The notes: generated by a model not told the origin, from the letters alone. 64,000 bases of DNA from an uncultured Candidatus Saccharibacteria bacterium (GCA_964491455.1 CAZBFM010000001.1:81970-145969), one strand, 5' to 3'; shown: positions 27,572 through 37,380, numbered from the stretch's first letter. Numbers and translations: made by a program.

Positions 27572-28052
27572 ATCAATCGTGCTCGCTGGTGGCTGTTTTT
27601 GGGGTCTTCAGGAATTGATACGTTCTCAACCGGGTGTCGTTTCATCTGACGTTGGCTATACAGGCGGTAGCAACGAGAATCCGACGTATGAGAATCATCC
27701 GGGACATGCCGAAGCGGTGCGTATCACCTATGATCCAGCAGTGACTTCCTATCGAGCACTGTTGGACTTCTTTTTCCGCGTTCACAATCCGACGACACGC
27801 AATCAACAGGGAAATGATGTCGGAACATCATATCGATCAGCGATATTTTATGGTAACGATGATGAGCGAAAAGAAGCTGAGGACTTTATTGCTCTCGTGA
27901 ACACCTCACATCGTTGGAAAGATCCCGTCGTGACAACATTGGAGCCGCTGACGATATTTTATCCAGCGGAATCATATCATCAAGACTATCTCCAGAAGAA
28001 TCCCAATGGATACACCTGTCACGCTGTCTATTTTGACTCGTATCTATCGTAA
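27564..28052 (+). CDS. msrA: peptide-methionine (S)-S-oxide reductase MsrA
   Basis: Active-site motif LAGGCFWG followed by GYTGG; start overlaps the msrB stop by 8 nt. Confidence 0.9.
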   Translation: MNKSIVLAGGCFWGLQELIRSQPGVVSSDVGYTGGSNENPTYENHPGHAEAVRITYDPAVTSYRALLDFFFRVHNPTTRNQQGNDVGTSYRSAIFYGNDDERKEAEDFIALVNTSHRWKDPVVTTLEPLTIFYPAESYHQDYLQKNPNGYTCHAVYFDSYLS

Positions 28053-28582
28053 TGCACCCCATGAAAATGAATTATAAACGTATTGGCGGGCTCGTGGTCA
28101 TCTGCGGATTGGTTCTCATCGCGAGATATGAATTGAGAGATACGATGCACCAAGTCGTCGAGTACAAAAACGCCTCGTATGTCATCGAGGGGAGATCGGT
28201 GACGCTTGCCAATGGCATAGCTACCATACAGGAGCAGGAAGGAGGATCGGTTTCAGAAGTGCGATACTTTGGAAATGAAGTGGTTGCTGATTTCAACGAG
28301 GACTCCTATTCTGATGTCGCATTTATTCTGACTCAGTCAGGCGGTGGTAGTGGGACATTTTATTATCTCGCCGTTGCGCTCGGAGGTGAGAAGGGGTACC
28401 GCGGTACGAATGCGATGTTACTGGGCGATCGTATCGCACCTCAGACGTCGGAGTTCCGTGACGGTGTGATCGTGGTGAATTTTGCTGACCGTGGTGTTGA
28501 AGAACCCATGACCGCGCGACCGTCGATTGGAGTTACGCGACGTTTCAGTCTCCAATCATCAATGCTCGTCTCCGCCAAGTAA
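28052..28582 (+). CDS. hypothetical membrane-anchored protein
   Basis: N-terminal TM helix IGGLVVICGLVLIA; start overlaps the msrA stop (TAATG); a terminator follows. Confidence 0.5.
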   Translation: MHPMKMNYKRIGGLVVICGLVLIARYELRDTMHQVVEYKNASYVIEGRSVTLANGIATIQEQEGGSVSEVRYFGNEVVADFNEDSYSDVAFILTQSGGGSGTFYYLAVALGGEKGYRGTNAMLLGDRIAPQTSEFRDGVIVVNFADRGVEEPMTARPSIGVTRRFSLQSSMLVSAK

Positions 28583-28633
28583 CGAAAACACCCAGTTTGG
28601 GTGTTTTCGTTATCACTTCCATAGTCCGACAGA

Positions 28634-28852
28634 TTACTTGTGCTCTGGGAGCGCTTCGTAGTCCGCTTCAAACTTTGTATTCCACTCTACCATCTGTGGA
28701 TCATCTTTTGGCATTGATTGTACCTGTGCCGCCATTTCTGGGTGGGCGACTGCGAGGTGCTCCATGCCCTTGCTAAGCATTTCCTCTTTACTCGTTGCGA
28801 CAATAGCTTCGTCGCACATCCCACCCATCTCTTTGCATGTCATTGTTTTCAT
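28634..28852 (-). CDS. DUF1059-family small metal-binding protein
   Basis: MKTMTCKEMGGMCDEAIVATSKEEMLSKGMEHLAVAHP matches the DUF1059 pattern MK..C.D.G..CDF....TEEE.L....H....H. Confidence 0.6.
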   Translation of the reverse strand: MKTMTCKEMGGMCDEAIVATSKEEMLSKGMEHLAVAHPEMAAQVQSMPKDDPQMVEWNTKFEADYEALPEHK

Positions 28853-28967
28853 GAACTATTCGATTAGAAATACCGAGCTACTATACCATGAGGTGTCACA
28901 TGGCGGTTATTGACACAGCGATATCTTGTGATATTATAGTTTCTCACGTCGTTCAAAGGAGAGTGCC

Positions 28968-29480
28968 TTGAAAATCAAAGTCTTGAAATTGGGGACAACG
29001 TGCCAGGACATCGCAACCCAGCTCACAGGAATGCTGACGCACTGGGTGCTCAATCTGGAAAAGACCGTGTACTACGTCTTTCAGCCTCACGGACTCAACG
29101 AGGAGGGACTCCCGGTCGGGAAGATCTTTGTCGAGGGAGCTCGGCTGAAGGTGCAAGACGCAGACTACGAAGAAGTAGACGTGCCGTTTAAGATCCTCGG
29201 TTCTATCGTCACCGATAAGGCTAGTGGCTTCACCGGAATGGCAATTGAGTTTGTTCGTCACATCAATGGCTGCTTCCATGTCACCATCCAGCCCGCTGGT
29301 GTGGTGGCGAAAACGAATACGCCCGTCAAAAAGATCGAGATTGATCTCCGTCAGTGCAAAGGAGAGAAGATCATCGAGCTTTCTCCCGAGATGCTCAAAC
29401 AGAGTAAGGAGCTGCGCCCTTCGCCGACAGGAGATGACGTTCTTCGGGCAATGCCCGCAAGCCTTTCTCACTGTCGATAG
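28968..29480 (+). CDS. hypothetical protein
   Basis: TTG start after an AAAGGAGAG RBS; a CCCCGCC-family terminator follows. Confidence 0.45.
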   Translation: MKIKVLKLGTTCQDIATQLTGMLTHWVLNLEKTVYYVFQPHGLNEEGLPVGKIFVEGARLKVQDADYEEVDVPFKILGSIVTDKASGFTGMAIEFVRHINGCFHVTIQPAGVVAKTNTPVKKIEIDLRQCKGEKIIELSPEMLKQSKELRPSPTGDDVLRAMPASLSHCR

Positions 29481-29496
29481 TCGATTGATCCGTGTA

Positions 29497-29524
29497 CCCC
29501 GCCATTCTTGGCGGGGTTTTGTTT
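29497..29524 (+). terminator. rho-independent terminator of the CCCCGCC..GGCGGGG family
   Basis: CCCCGCCA-TTCT-TGGCGGGG plus TTTTGTTT. Confidence 0.55.
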
Positions 29525-29542
29525 GGCCAAACGTGAGGGTGC

Positions 29543-29571
29543 TTGCATAAATACGTAAAATGTGCTATAAT
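29543..29571 (+). promoter_or_regulatory. sigma70-type promoter (TTGCAT-17-TATAAT)
   Basis: Near-consensus hexamers with 17-nt spacing about 30 nt upstream of the 29603 ORF. Confidence 0.45.
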
Positions 29572-29602
29572 TGTACTGCCAATTTCGACACTGTGGAGGA
29601 TG

Positions 29603-29833
29603 GAAATGGAACAGATTCTGGCATTCTTGCTCGCGCTGGCCATCATGGGTTATGGAGTGTCCTACATGTTTGGAGGGGCGAAGCTCGGTGCGCGGTTTCT
29701 CCGGGCGATCGGTCGCGGGATCGGACACGGCGTCGATTGGATTGGGCGGTGGGCGGCTCGGTTCGCGCGTCGCCACCCACGTGTGGTCGGAACGATTATC
29801 CTCGCGATAATTGTTCTCGCAAGCAGGCTCTAG
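29603..29833 (+). CDS. hypothetical small membrane protein
   Basis: TGGAGGA RBS; two TM helices; terminator GCAGGC..GCCTGC plus T7 at 29823-29847. Confidence 0.4.
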   Translation, partial: EMEQILAFLLALAIMGYGVSYMFGGAKLGARFLRAIGRGIGHGVDWIGRWAARFARRHPRVVGTIILAIIVLASRL

Positions 29834-29860
29834 GGCCTGCTTTTTTTACGATGCAATACG

Positions 29861-29889
29861 TTGACAAAACATAGAAAATATGCTATAAG
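29861..29889 (+). promoter_or_regulatory. sigma70-type promoter (TTGACA-17-TATAAG)
   Basis: Hexamers with 17-nt spacing upstream of the 29907/29943 gene. Confidence 0.45.
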
Positions 29890-29942
29890 GAATATAGCTC
29901 GTTTACATGCCACATCTCGTGGTGAAACGAAGGGATGGATAC

Positions 29943-31694
29943 ATGATCTACGTTTTGTTGGGATTGCTCATTGGTGTGCTGAGTGCGCTTCCGTTGGCGC
30001 TTCGCGGCAAACTGGTTGGGGCGCTTCGTTACGGTTGCTTTAGTGCCGTTGTCACAACACTCCTCTCGTGGTTGTTTACCTGGAGCACAATGGGACCGCT
30101 GGCTGGTGGCTTCGGCTTCCTGCTGCTGGTTTTTTGGGCCGGTGCTGCTTTCATCGATGAAGGCGAAGATACGTATGACCGGCGCGGAAGACGCGAGTAT
30201 CAGGCGTCATGGATTTGGCTCTTCCCCGTTATCTATGGTGTTGTCTTTTTCGGCTCGCTGGCGGCCGGATCGGCGATGTGTAATGCTCGCACATGGTCGT
30301 CGATGATTGGTACCGTTGAGACGCGTGAGTGGACGAAGGATGTCCAGCCAAAGGACCCAGCGCACATGCGGATGGCAAGCCGCGAAAACGCTCTCTATCA
30401 AGCCCAGAAGGTCCTTGGCTCTGCCGGTGCGGTTGGTTCGCAATTCAATATCAGCGAGGACAGCATGACGCTGCAGATGATCAATAAGCATCTGTGGTTC
30501 ATTGTCCCACTCGATTACACTGCGTTCTCTGTGTGGCTCAATTCCACGACCGGCGCTCCAGGATACATCCGTATTGACGGGGAAGACCCTCATGCTCAGC
30601 CTGAAGTAATCATGCTGAAGAATGGCGAGAGGTTAACCTACACCCCTGGTGCATATTTCGATCAGAATCTCGAGAGACACCTACGATACAATGGTTATCT
30701 TGATGCAATTTTGTCGGATTGGACGTTTGAGATCGATGAAGGAGGGAGGCCATGGTGGGTGGTTACTGTCGCTGACCCGACGATTTGGTGGGATGGCTGG
30801 AAGGTCCGCGGGGTCGTTCAAGTAGATCCGGCAACCGGAAGCACGCTATTTCATGAGATCGGAGCCGTTCCATCGTGGATTGACCGTGTCGTTCCTGCGT
30901 ATTTTGTGGAGAACTACCTGGATTGGCAGGGCGCGTATTCGAGCGGGTGGCTCAATAGCTGGTGGGGGCGACTCAATGTCACCACAGCAGAGCGGCCGCG
31001 GCTCATTTACGCATCTGACGGAGAGCCAGAATTCGTGACAGGTATTACGTCGGCTTCAGCTAGGGATAATTCACTGGTTGCGCTCGTGTACACGAACTCA
31101 CGCACCGGTAAGTCCGTTCGGTATGTGATGAAGGGCGGAGCGACGGAGACTGCCGTGCTCGATGCTGTGGACAAGAACTCGCAAGTTCAGTTCAAGCATC
31201 AACATGGCGTTGATCCGCAGCTCTACAACATCAACGGAATGCCGGTAGCTGTGGTGCCGCTCTTGAATGAGTCACATGCGTTCCAGGGCGTCGCTATGGT
31301 TCCCATCAACGACGTGCAGACGGTTGCCGTCGGGGCAACGCAATACGAAGCACTTCGAGAGCTTGAGTCCAAGCTTTCCGACGGCAACGGCCGCATGGCC
31401 ATCACTGAGCAGCGCGACATCAGCGCCGTAAATGGTGTTGTCGATCGGATTGCAAGCGAAGCGATCTCAAGTGGGACGATCTACTACATTCACCTCCGGG
31501 GTGTGCCGCATCTGTTCAAGGCAAAATCCGGCGAGTCAGCGAAGCTGCCTGTCACGTCGGTGGGTGATCGTGTCCACTTGCAGTACTTTGATTCAGAGCG
31601 GGATGTTGTCCCGATCAAGTCTTTTGATAACCTGAGTCTCGTGCTTTCGTCGAGCTCGTTGCAGCAGCGGTTGAGCGCCGAGACGAAGCAGTAG
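29943..31694 (+). CDS. hypothetical integral membrane protein with a large Trp-rich extracytoplasmic domain
   Basis: Four N-terminal TM helices followed by ~430 aa soluble domain; start may be 29907; bidirectional terminator pair downstream. Confidence 0.5.
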   Translation: MIYVLLGLLIGVLSALPLALRGKLVGALRYGCFSAVVTTLLSWLFTWSTMGPLAGGFGFLLLVFWAGAAFIDEGEDTYDRRGRREYQASWIWLFPVIYGVVFFGSLAAGSAMCNARTWSSMIGTVETREWTKDVQPKDPAHMRMASRENALYQAQKVLGSAGAVGSQFNISEDSMTLQMINKHLWFIVPLDYTAFSVWLNSTTGAPGYIRIDGEDPHAQPEVIMLKNGERLTYTPGAYFDQNLERHLRYNGYLDAILSDWTFEIDEGGRPWWVVTVADPTIWWDGWKVRGVVQVDPATGSTLFHEIGAVPSWIDRVVPAYFVENYLDWQGAYSSGWLNSWWGRLNVTTAERPRLIYASDGEPEFVTGITSASARDNSLVALVYTNSRTGKSVRYVMKGGATETAVLDAVDKNSQVQFKHQHGVDPQLYNINGMPVAVVPLLNESHAFQGVAMVPINDVQTVAVGATQYEALRELESKLSDGNGRMAITEQRDISAVNGVVDRIASEAISSGTIYYIHLRGVPHLFKAKSGESAKLPVTSVGDRVHLQYFDSERDVVPIKSFDNLSLVLSSSSLQQRLSAETKQ

Positions 31695-31750
31695 TCCGTA
31701 GCCCGTAGGGGAGTCGAGTCATCGACCACCTCTACGGGTTTTTTCTTACA

Positions 31751-31775
31751 AAAAAGCCCCCCGAGATGGGGGCGC
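31751..31775 (-). terminator. rho-independent terminator for the minus-strand gene 31779-32381
   Basis: GCGCCCCC-ATCTC-GGGGGGC followed by TTTTTT when read on the minus strand. Confidence 0.55.
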
Positions 31776-31778
31776 TTA

Positions 31779-32381
31779 TCAATGCCTGATGACCGCGTAC
31801 TGCGTTACGTGCCAGCCGTAGCGCTGGAACTCGGCGTCGAGATTCTTTTGCTGTGATGCGTCATCGGCGAATGGTGATCGACCAATGACGATTTCTGCTA
31901 GCTTGCGGTAGCACTGTTCCGATTCGGGCGGGCCACAACGGGGCAGCGTTCTCAAGAGGTGATACTGCAGTGTTGCTCTGCGAAGTGGGTCATTCTGCGG
32001 CGACTCTAAGGGAAACGCAGTGAGAATGGCAGGTGCCCAATCCGTTTCTGATGGGACCATCAACTGAAGAACGAGCACGTCTCGCTCAACATATTCAAAC
32101 GTCGTTGTTCCGTCGTATGTCCACACGAGCGAGCGATTGAGTTCAACGACCTTCTTATCGCGGACGACAGCAAGTCCCTTTATGCCAAACGATGTGTCCC
32201 ATAGCAGTAATGACCCGAGGACTCCACTGATAGCGAGGGATGCTGAGACAACGGCGATGCTCCGATGTACGCGTGCTTGGCGCTCGAAGCCACCACGGCG
32301 AATGAGACCTTCCTCAATTTCCCGGGCTACCGCACAGATCAGCAAGAGCGCCATATACGCCATAATCTGCAATAGAAACAT
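31779..32381 (-). CDS. hypothetical membrane-anchored protein
   Basis: N-terminal TM helix IMAYMALLLICAV and a second helix; 200 aa. Confidence 0.45.
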   Translation of the reverse strand: MFLLQIMAYMALLLICAVAREIEEGLIRRGGFERQARVHRSIAVVSASLAISGVLGSLLLWDTSFGIKGLAVVRDKKVVELNRSLVWTYDGTTTFEYVERDVLVLQLMVPSETDWAPAILTAFPLESPQNDPLRRATLQYHLLRTLPRCGPPESEQCYRKLAEIVIGRSPFADDASQQKNLDAEFQRYGWHVTQYAVIRH

Positions 32382-32662
32382 TCGATGCTCCTTTCAAAAA
32401 GCTATTCGTATAATAACATCATATTAATAGTACGTCAATATCTTGCGTAAGACGTGTGACGCGTTCGGTGATATCAACATGAGCACTCCCCCCGGCTCTT
32501 GAGAGTTTTTTACGCACTTGTCATTTTATGGGGGTGAGCGCACACTGAGTATGTTAATCACAAGCTCATGATTACTACCATTGATGGGGGCATGTATCTG
32601 GGTGACAGTGATAGTTGGCGACGCCAACGTATCCTTTGGCATGAATTCATAGATTTCTCTCG

Positions 32663-33274
32663 ATGACCCAGCAGATGCTTACAACGCTTCTCCTGGGTCT
32701 TATTGGTGGGGTGATCCCCGGGCCAGTGTTGGCGGCTACGTTTACTGAGATACTACAGGGTGGATTCCGGAAAAGTATTCGCATCATTCTCTGGGCGATG
32801 ATAACGGAAACGTCTGTCGCTCTGTTTACGCTCCTTCTCCTGTCATCGCTTGGATTGTCGAGCTCATTTTTCTTTGCGGCGTCATTTGTAGGAGCGGGGG
32901 TTCTGGTATGGATCGCACGACAGCTGTGGCATATTGCAGCACTCGACGCGGGACATGCAATCCACTTCAGCGGGTGGCAGGTTGCTGCGATGATTGCAAC
33001 CAATTCAGCGCTGTGGACGTTTTGGGTTACGGTCTGCGTTCCCAAGGCTATCATTATGGGGCAATCAATCTTGTACGGGCAATTCTTGTTCATCATGCTC
33101 TATGAAGTGACATGGATGTCCACGACGGCATTGATTGCGCTCCTCTTTTCGCGTTTCCGAGGACTGCTCGCGCGCACACGACTCGTCCCAGTTATGTTCA
33201 AAGTATTTGCATTTATTTTTGTACTTTTCGCGCTTCAAATGCTCTATGCCGCTATTCGATTCTTCGTTGGGTAG
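32663..33274 (+). CDS. LysE/RhtB-type amino-acid exporter family membrane protein
   Basis: About six TM helices, ~200 aa, N-terminal LLGLIGGVIPGPV reminiscent of the LysE family signature. Confidence 0.5.
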   Translation: MTQQMLTTLLLGLIGGVIPGPVLAATFTEILQGGFRKSIRIILWAMITETSVALFTLLLLSSLGLSSSFFFAASFVGAGVLVWIARQLWHIAALDAGHAIHFSGWQVAAMIATNSALWTFWVTVCVPKAIIMGQSILYGQFLFIMLYEVTWMSTTALIALLFSRFRGLLARTRLVPVMFKVFAFIFVLFALQMLYAAIRFFVG

Positions 33275-33354
33275 CGATGAGGGAGCGAATTGACGAATCT
33301 AACAACGAGTGGTACTTTCGAGCCGCAACGTCGTACATTTCCAAGGAGCTTGCT

Positions 33355-34359
33355 ATGGGTGAAATCGTACTGTCTGGCATTCGGGCAACTGCTCGCTTGC
33401 ATTTCGGTAACTTTCTTGGTGCAGTTCGAAACTTCGTAGCGTTTCAGCAGCCGGGGAATACATGTCTCTACTTCGTGGCTGATTGGCATACGCTCACCAC
33501 GCTCGAGAAGCCGGATCTGCTCCGCAGTAACCTGCTAGAAATTGTGAAAGATTATCTTGCTGCTGGCCTGGATCCTGAACAGTCGATACTCTATGCGCAA
33601 TCGAGTGTTCCGGAAATAGCGGAACTGGCGCTCTACTTGAGTATGATCCAGCCGATGGGGAATCTCCAGAACATCCCGACGTTCAAGGAATTGATTCGAC
33701 AAAATCCCGATAGCGTTAACCTGGGGATGTTGAGCTACCCGGTGCTCATGGCGGCGGACATTCTTGGGCCTCAGTCGACGCTTGTTCCCGTCGGGAGCGA
33801 TCAAATTCCCAACGTTGAGCTTGCTCAGCTATTAGCCCGACGATTCAATGATCGATTTGGTAGCATTTTTACCATTCCGAACATGATGACGTCGATGGTA
33901 AAGGTGCCCGGGCTGGATGGCGGTAAAATGAGCAAGTCGCGTGGCGCTGGTGCGATCGACATCGATTCGCCCCTCGACGAGATCCGCGCTCTCTATCTGC
34001 AAAAAGCAGTGACCGATCCAAGACGGGTACGATTGTCGGACCCCGGTGACCCGTATAACGGTTGCGTGGCAGTCTATCCATTGCATGAGATTGTGACGGA
34101 CGACGAACAGCGTACCCGAACGATCGCAAATCGCTGCTTGGCAGGATCCATTGGTTGTCGAGAGTGTAAGAATCATCTCGTTGACGGCATCGCCAAAATT
34201 CTTGAGCCATTCCAAGAACGTCGTGCGCAATTGCGAAATCAAGACGCATTTGTACGCGATGTGCTCGAGGAGGGCGGCAGGAGAGCACGAGCGCGCATCC
34301 GTCCAACCGTTGAGAAGGTGAGGGATGTGATGGGTATCGCTCGATACGGGTCTGTCTAG
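33355..34359 (+). CDS. trpS: tryptophan--tRNA ligase
   Basis: Class I HIGH-type motif SGIRATARLHFGNFLGA and KMSKS motif (GGKMSKSRG); AAGGAG RBS; 334 aa. Confidence 0.9.
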   Translation: MGEIVLSGIRATARLHFGNFLGAVRNFVAFQQPGNTCLYFVADWHTLTTLEKPDLLRSNLLEIVKDYLAAGLDPEQSILYAQSSVPEIAELALYLSMIQPMGNLQNIPTFKELIRQNPDSVNLGMLSYPVLMAADILGPQSTLVPVGSDQIPNVELAQLLARRFNDRFGSIFTIPNMMTSMVKVPGLDGGKMSKSRGAGAIDIDSPLDEIRALYLQKAVTDPRRVRLSDPGDPYNGCVAVYPLHEIVTDDEQRTRTIANRCLAGSIGCRECKNHLVDGIAKILEPFQERRAQLRNQDAFVRDVLEEGGRRARARIRPTVEKVRDVMGIARYGSV

Positions 34360-34365
34360 AGTGGC

Positions 34366-34395
34366 GGGGGCATCGAGAGATGCCCCCTTTTTTTA
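34366..34395 (+). terminator. rho-independent terminator after trpS
   Basis: GGGGGCATC-GAGA-GATGCCCCC plus TTTTTTTT. Confidence 0.6.
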
Positions 34396-34419
34396 TGCAA
34401 AACCCCTCAGTGAGAGGGG

Positions 34420-34495
34420 TGGCGAGCACGGAGGGACTCGAACCCTCGGTAGGCAGTTTTGGAGACTGCTGTCTTAGCCGCTAGACGACGTGCCC
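34420..34495 (-). tRNA. tRNA-Trp (anticodon CCA)
   Basis: Reverse complement folds as acceptor GGGCACG/CGTGCTC, D arm GTCT-AGCGGCTA-AGAC, anticodon stem GCAGT/ACTGC with loop CTCCAAA, T arm GAGGG-TTCGAGT-CCCTC, discriminator G and encoded CCA; 76 nt. Confidence 0.85.
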
Positions 34496-34535
34496 GCATG
34501 AACTGAGGCGAGCATACGGGATGACGATAGCAGAG

Positions 34536-35285
34536 TCAAGTGATGCTATGCGCAGCGAATCCAAATATTTCCGTGTAGTTATGCTGTCCGAAGAGAATGG
34601 GGTAGAAGTCACGACGTGCCAGGATTGCACCTGATGGCGCTTTCGCGTATGCCGTGCCCTTCGTGATGAGCTTGTAGTTTTTAATCGTCGGAGCTAGGAC
34701 AGCTCCCACTGGTTTGGGAACGGACGAGGTTACCTTAAAGAATTTGATGGGATGTTGAGCGGCGCGAATATTCTTGGGCGCAATCATGCGCTCATGCATG
34801 AGTAATCGCATGATGCCCTGAATCACTCGCTTGGCAACCGCAGGATCTTTATCTTTGCCATACTCAAATGCTATCCCAATCTTGGCGTTGGAGATTAATG
34901 CGCTGTCACCAGTTGCTCGCATCCAGAGAGCATATTTGGGGCATATGACATTGATATAATGTCGAGTTTTCTTGTTGAGCGATGTAACAATAATGGCATC
35001 CCGGAGTTCACTCGTCGTGGAATGGATATCGATGACCATGTCGTAGGATTCAATAATGGGCAAGAGCGAGTGAGCGAGGCGTTGCTCATGATTGCCCTTC
35101 TTTGTACCTGGAAATGAACGATTGAGGTCTTGGTCGATGAATCGCACATTTCGCTCATACGCCTTTTCATTGGCGACGAGCACGGTCAAGGAGCCGCGCA
35201 GTATTGTGCATTGTTGCAGTGCATCGGCCACAACGCGTCCAATCTTTTCGTCGCCATGCGTCCCGATAGCGAGAAGAATATTCAT
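34536..35285 (-). CDS. succinylglutamate desuccinylase/aspartoacylase (AstE/AspA, M14-like) family zinc hydrolase
   Basis: N-terminal LLAIGTHGDEKIG (GxHGxE zinc-ligand motif), size and layout typical of the family. Confidence 0.65.
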   Translation of the reverse strand: MNILLAIGTHGDEKIGRVVADALQQCTILRGSLTVLVANEKAYERNVRFIDQDLNRSFPGTKKGNHEQRLAHSLLPIIESYDMVIDIHSTTSELRDAIIVTSLNKKTRHYINVICPKYALWMRATGDSALISNAKIGIAFEYGKDKDPAVAKRVIQGIMRLLMHERMIAPKNIRAAQHPIKFFKVTSSVPKPVGAVLAPTIKNYKLITKGTAYAKAPSGAILARRDFYPILFGQHNYTEIFGFAAHSIT

Positions 35286-35351
35286 GATTCGTCAGAGTGT
35301 AGCACGTCGTATATAAAATAAAAGCGAGGCAGGTGCCTCGCTTGTCCGATG

Positions 35352-36119
35352 TTACTCGGTGGCGGACTTACAAATGTCGTAGCAGCGCGTCGCCCATGCA
35401 ATAATCTCATCGCGATGAGGAGTTGCGCCGAACATGCGAAATTCAATGGTCCCATGAGCCGAGATCCGTATGAGATGCCAGCAATTGCGTGGATTCTCAT
35501 GGAAGCCATGTTCCTTGGCATACGATTCGTAGGCATCCCAGCTGTCGTATGTTGGTGGGATGAGCGCAGGCTTTACGATCTTATAGATTTCAAGCCGTTG
35601 ACCATGGGAATGATCGCCTGCCGCGCATAGCTCCATGACGTGATGGACCGCTGCATTGTGCGCTTTGAGAGCGAGCTCGTGCGATGCCATGCCGACGTGC
35701 ACGTGGGTGCCTGCGACCTGGCATGCAGCGCGAATGACTTCGATGGGCATCGTCGCCGTGATTGCTTGATAGCGCCCGGTGGGATCTGGGTAGATATCCA
35801 GAGGCATATCAAAGGGTGCAACCTCGCGATGCTCGACATGGAATCCCAGTCGACATTCGTCGTCGTGTAGACGAGTGTCCATGGCGAGGAGTGTGCGCGG
35901 GAGGTCGTTGATGTGCGTGGGGGCGGTGCGGAGCTCGAGCTGACAGGCCGATAGCTCGTATCCGTAGGCGTTATCAGACGCGAGAAGGTGCGGGATAACG
36001 CGAGGACCATCAGCAACAATGGCGCCGTCGTTGACGAAAAAGCTTTCGCGCTCAATGCCTAGATACAGGTGTAGCGCGGGATTGAACCGAAATTTATCTC
36101 GGAAAATGTCGCGTGTCAT
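35352..36119 (-). CDS. glutamate-cysteine ligase family 2 (YbdK-like) carboxylate-amine ligase, short form
   Basis: AGTHVHVGM matches the GQHVHVG core of YbdK/GCS2; GGAG RBS before the ATG at 36119. Confidence 0.65.
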   Translation of the reverse strand: MTRDIFRDKFRFNPALHLYLGIERESFFVNDGAIVADGPRVIPHLLASDNAYGYELSACQLELRTAPTHINDLPRTLLAMDTRLHDDECRLGFHVEHREVAPFDMPLDIYPDPTGRYQAITATMPIEVIRAACQVAGTHVHVGMASHELALKAHNAAVHHVMELCAAGDHSHGQRLEIYKIVKPALIPPTYDSWDAYESYAKEHGFHENPRNCWHLIRISAHGTIEFRMFGATPHRDEIIAWATRCYDICKSATE

Positions 36120-36283
36120 ACATGTACTCCGCGTTGTAAATGATCGCATCGAGCGCACAACAGAGTGCTGTGCGCGCCTGCGATGTAGAGGTATCGTTTT
36201 TAGCGGATGATGTCAATGAGCCGATTGTTTCATGGCTCGCATTTGTCTTCCTGTTTGGTGAACGACGTCGCGAGCGAGACTAT

Positions 36284-36312
36284 TGACTACTGTATCAATT
36301 GCATGCTATAAT
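36284..36312 (+). promoter_or_regulatory. sigma70-type promoter (TTGACT-17-TATAAT)
   Basis: Hexamers with 17-nt spacing upstream of the 36343 gene. Confidence 0.45.
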
Positions 36313-36342
36313 ATTCAGCGTTAACCACGAAAGGGGTGGCGT

Positions 36343-36741
36343 ATGAATGTGGCAGTGATTATGCGAGGACTGCCGGGAACCGGCAAATCCACGATCGCGC
36401 GCCTTCTGGCAGGACCAGACGGTGCTGTTCATTCGACGAACGATTACTTTCATGTTGGAGGTCGGTACCGATTTGATGCGCGCCTGCAAAACGAATACCA
36501 CGCTGAGAACTTCCGCGCGTTTGTCGAAAGCTTGAAGCGACGTGTCCCAGTGGTGGTGTGCGACAATACGAACATCCGCTACTGGAACTATCAGCACTAC
36601 ATGGGGGCAGCGCGCAAGGAGGGGTATCAGGTGCATATCATCTGCATGCCGCATATCGACCCCTCAATTGCAGCAGTGAGATCGCCGCACTTCGTCCCTG
36701 AACACCACATCAGACTCATGCTCGAGGGCTGGGAGGACTAG
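36343..36741 (+). CDS. P-loop NTPase (AAA_33/predicted kinase-like)
   Basis: Walker A GLPGTGKST at the N-terminus; small 132-aa kinase-like fold; CCCCGCC-type terminator at 36747-36772. Confidence 0.5.
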   Translation: MNVAVIMRGLPGTGKSTIARLLAGPDGAVHSTNDYFHVGGRYRFDARLQNEYHAENFRAFVESLKRRVPVVVCDNTNIRYWNYQHYMGAARKEGYQVHIICMPHIDPSIAAVRSPHFVPEHHIRLMLEGWED

Positions 36742-36837
36742 TGCCGGCCCGCCAGCAATGGCGGGCTTTTTTCTTGAAAGAATAGGAAATTGTGGTATCG
36801 TATGAATGATCTCTCATAATGATAAGGAGGGCGGTCA

Positions 36838-37053
36838 GTGATCTATGTGATTGGTTTCGTGTGGCTTGCCTGTCTGCTTGTGAGCTATGGCGCGGTGCTG
36901 GCATTCTTTGAACGTGAATATGTCGATCGTCAGAATATTTACTTCTATGAGAACCGCATCATCGCAATTATGATTAGTATGTGTGGTCCGTTGGGGCTGC
37001 TGTTGGCATTTTTTGCCACAAAGCGCTTTCAGCACGGGTTTACGTACTGGTAG
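36838..37053 (+). CDS. hypothetical small membrane protein
   Basis: GTG start after AAGGAGGG; two TM helices. Confidence 0.35.
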   Translation: MIYVIGFVWLACLLVSYGAVLAFFEREYVDRQNIYFYENRIIAIMISMCGPLGLLLAFFATKRFQHGFTYW

Positions 37054-37062
37054 GGTGGTGAG

Positions 37063-37290
37063 ATGCTGAAATCACTTCAAGAGTTGTTTGCGGCGATTAT
37101 TGCACTCAAGAGGCGTCGCAAGGAAAATAGAAAAACAAGCGCACTTGCAGGAGCGGTGACACTGGATGAGGACGTCGCGATGGTTCGTTGCACGGGTTGC
37201 GGAGCGCGACTTGCTGGAATCTGGGAGTCGGATGTTTCATCGGTGTATTGTCCCGACTGCATGCCACTGAAGACGAGGGGATGGTTGTGA
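37063..37290 (+). CDS. small zinc-ribbon protein
   Basis: CTGCGARL...CPDC, two CxxC pairs; terminator GCCCCGC..GCGGGGC plus T-tract at 37300-37330. Confidence 0.45.
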   Translation: MLKSLQELFAAIIALKRRRKENRKTSALAGAVTLDEDVAMVRCTGCGARLAGIWESDVSSVYCPDCMPLKTRGWL

Positions 37291-37380
37291 GTCAGAGCTG
37301 CCCCGCACGCCACGCGGGGCTTTTCTTTTTAAAATAGTATGGTATAATAATTACTCACGCACATTTACAAGGAGACTCGC

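Noticed and set aside
29000-29191. Arg-rich 63-aa ORF and other 60-110 aa ORFs (29224-29550, 29560-29874) overlapping the 28968 and 29603 genes
   Set aside because: Alternate frames across GC-rich terminator and promoter sequence; the supported genes have RBSs and promoters, and these do not.
36716-36904. 62-aa minus-strand ORF spanning the terminator and promoter region between 36741 and 36838
   Set aside because: It runs antisense across a strong terminator hairpin and has no start context.
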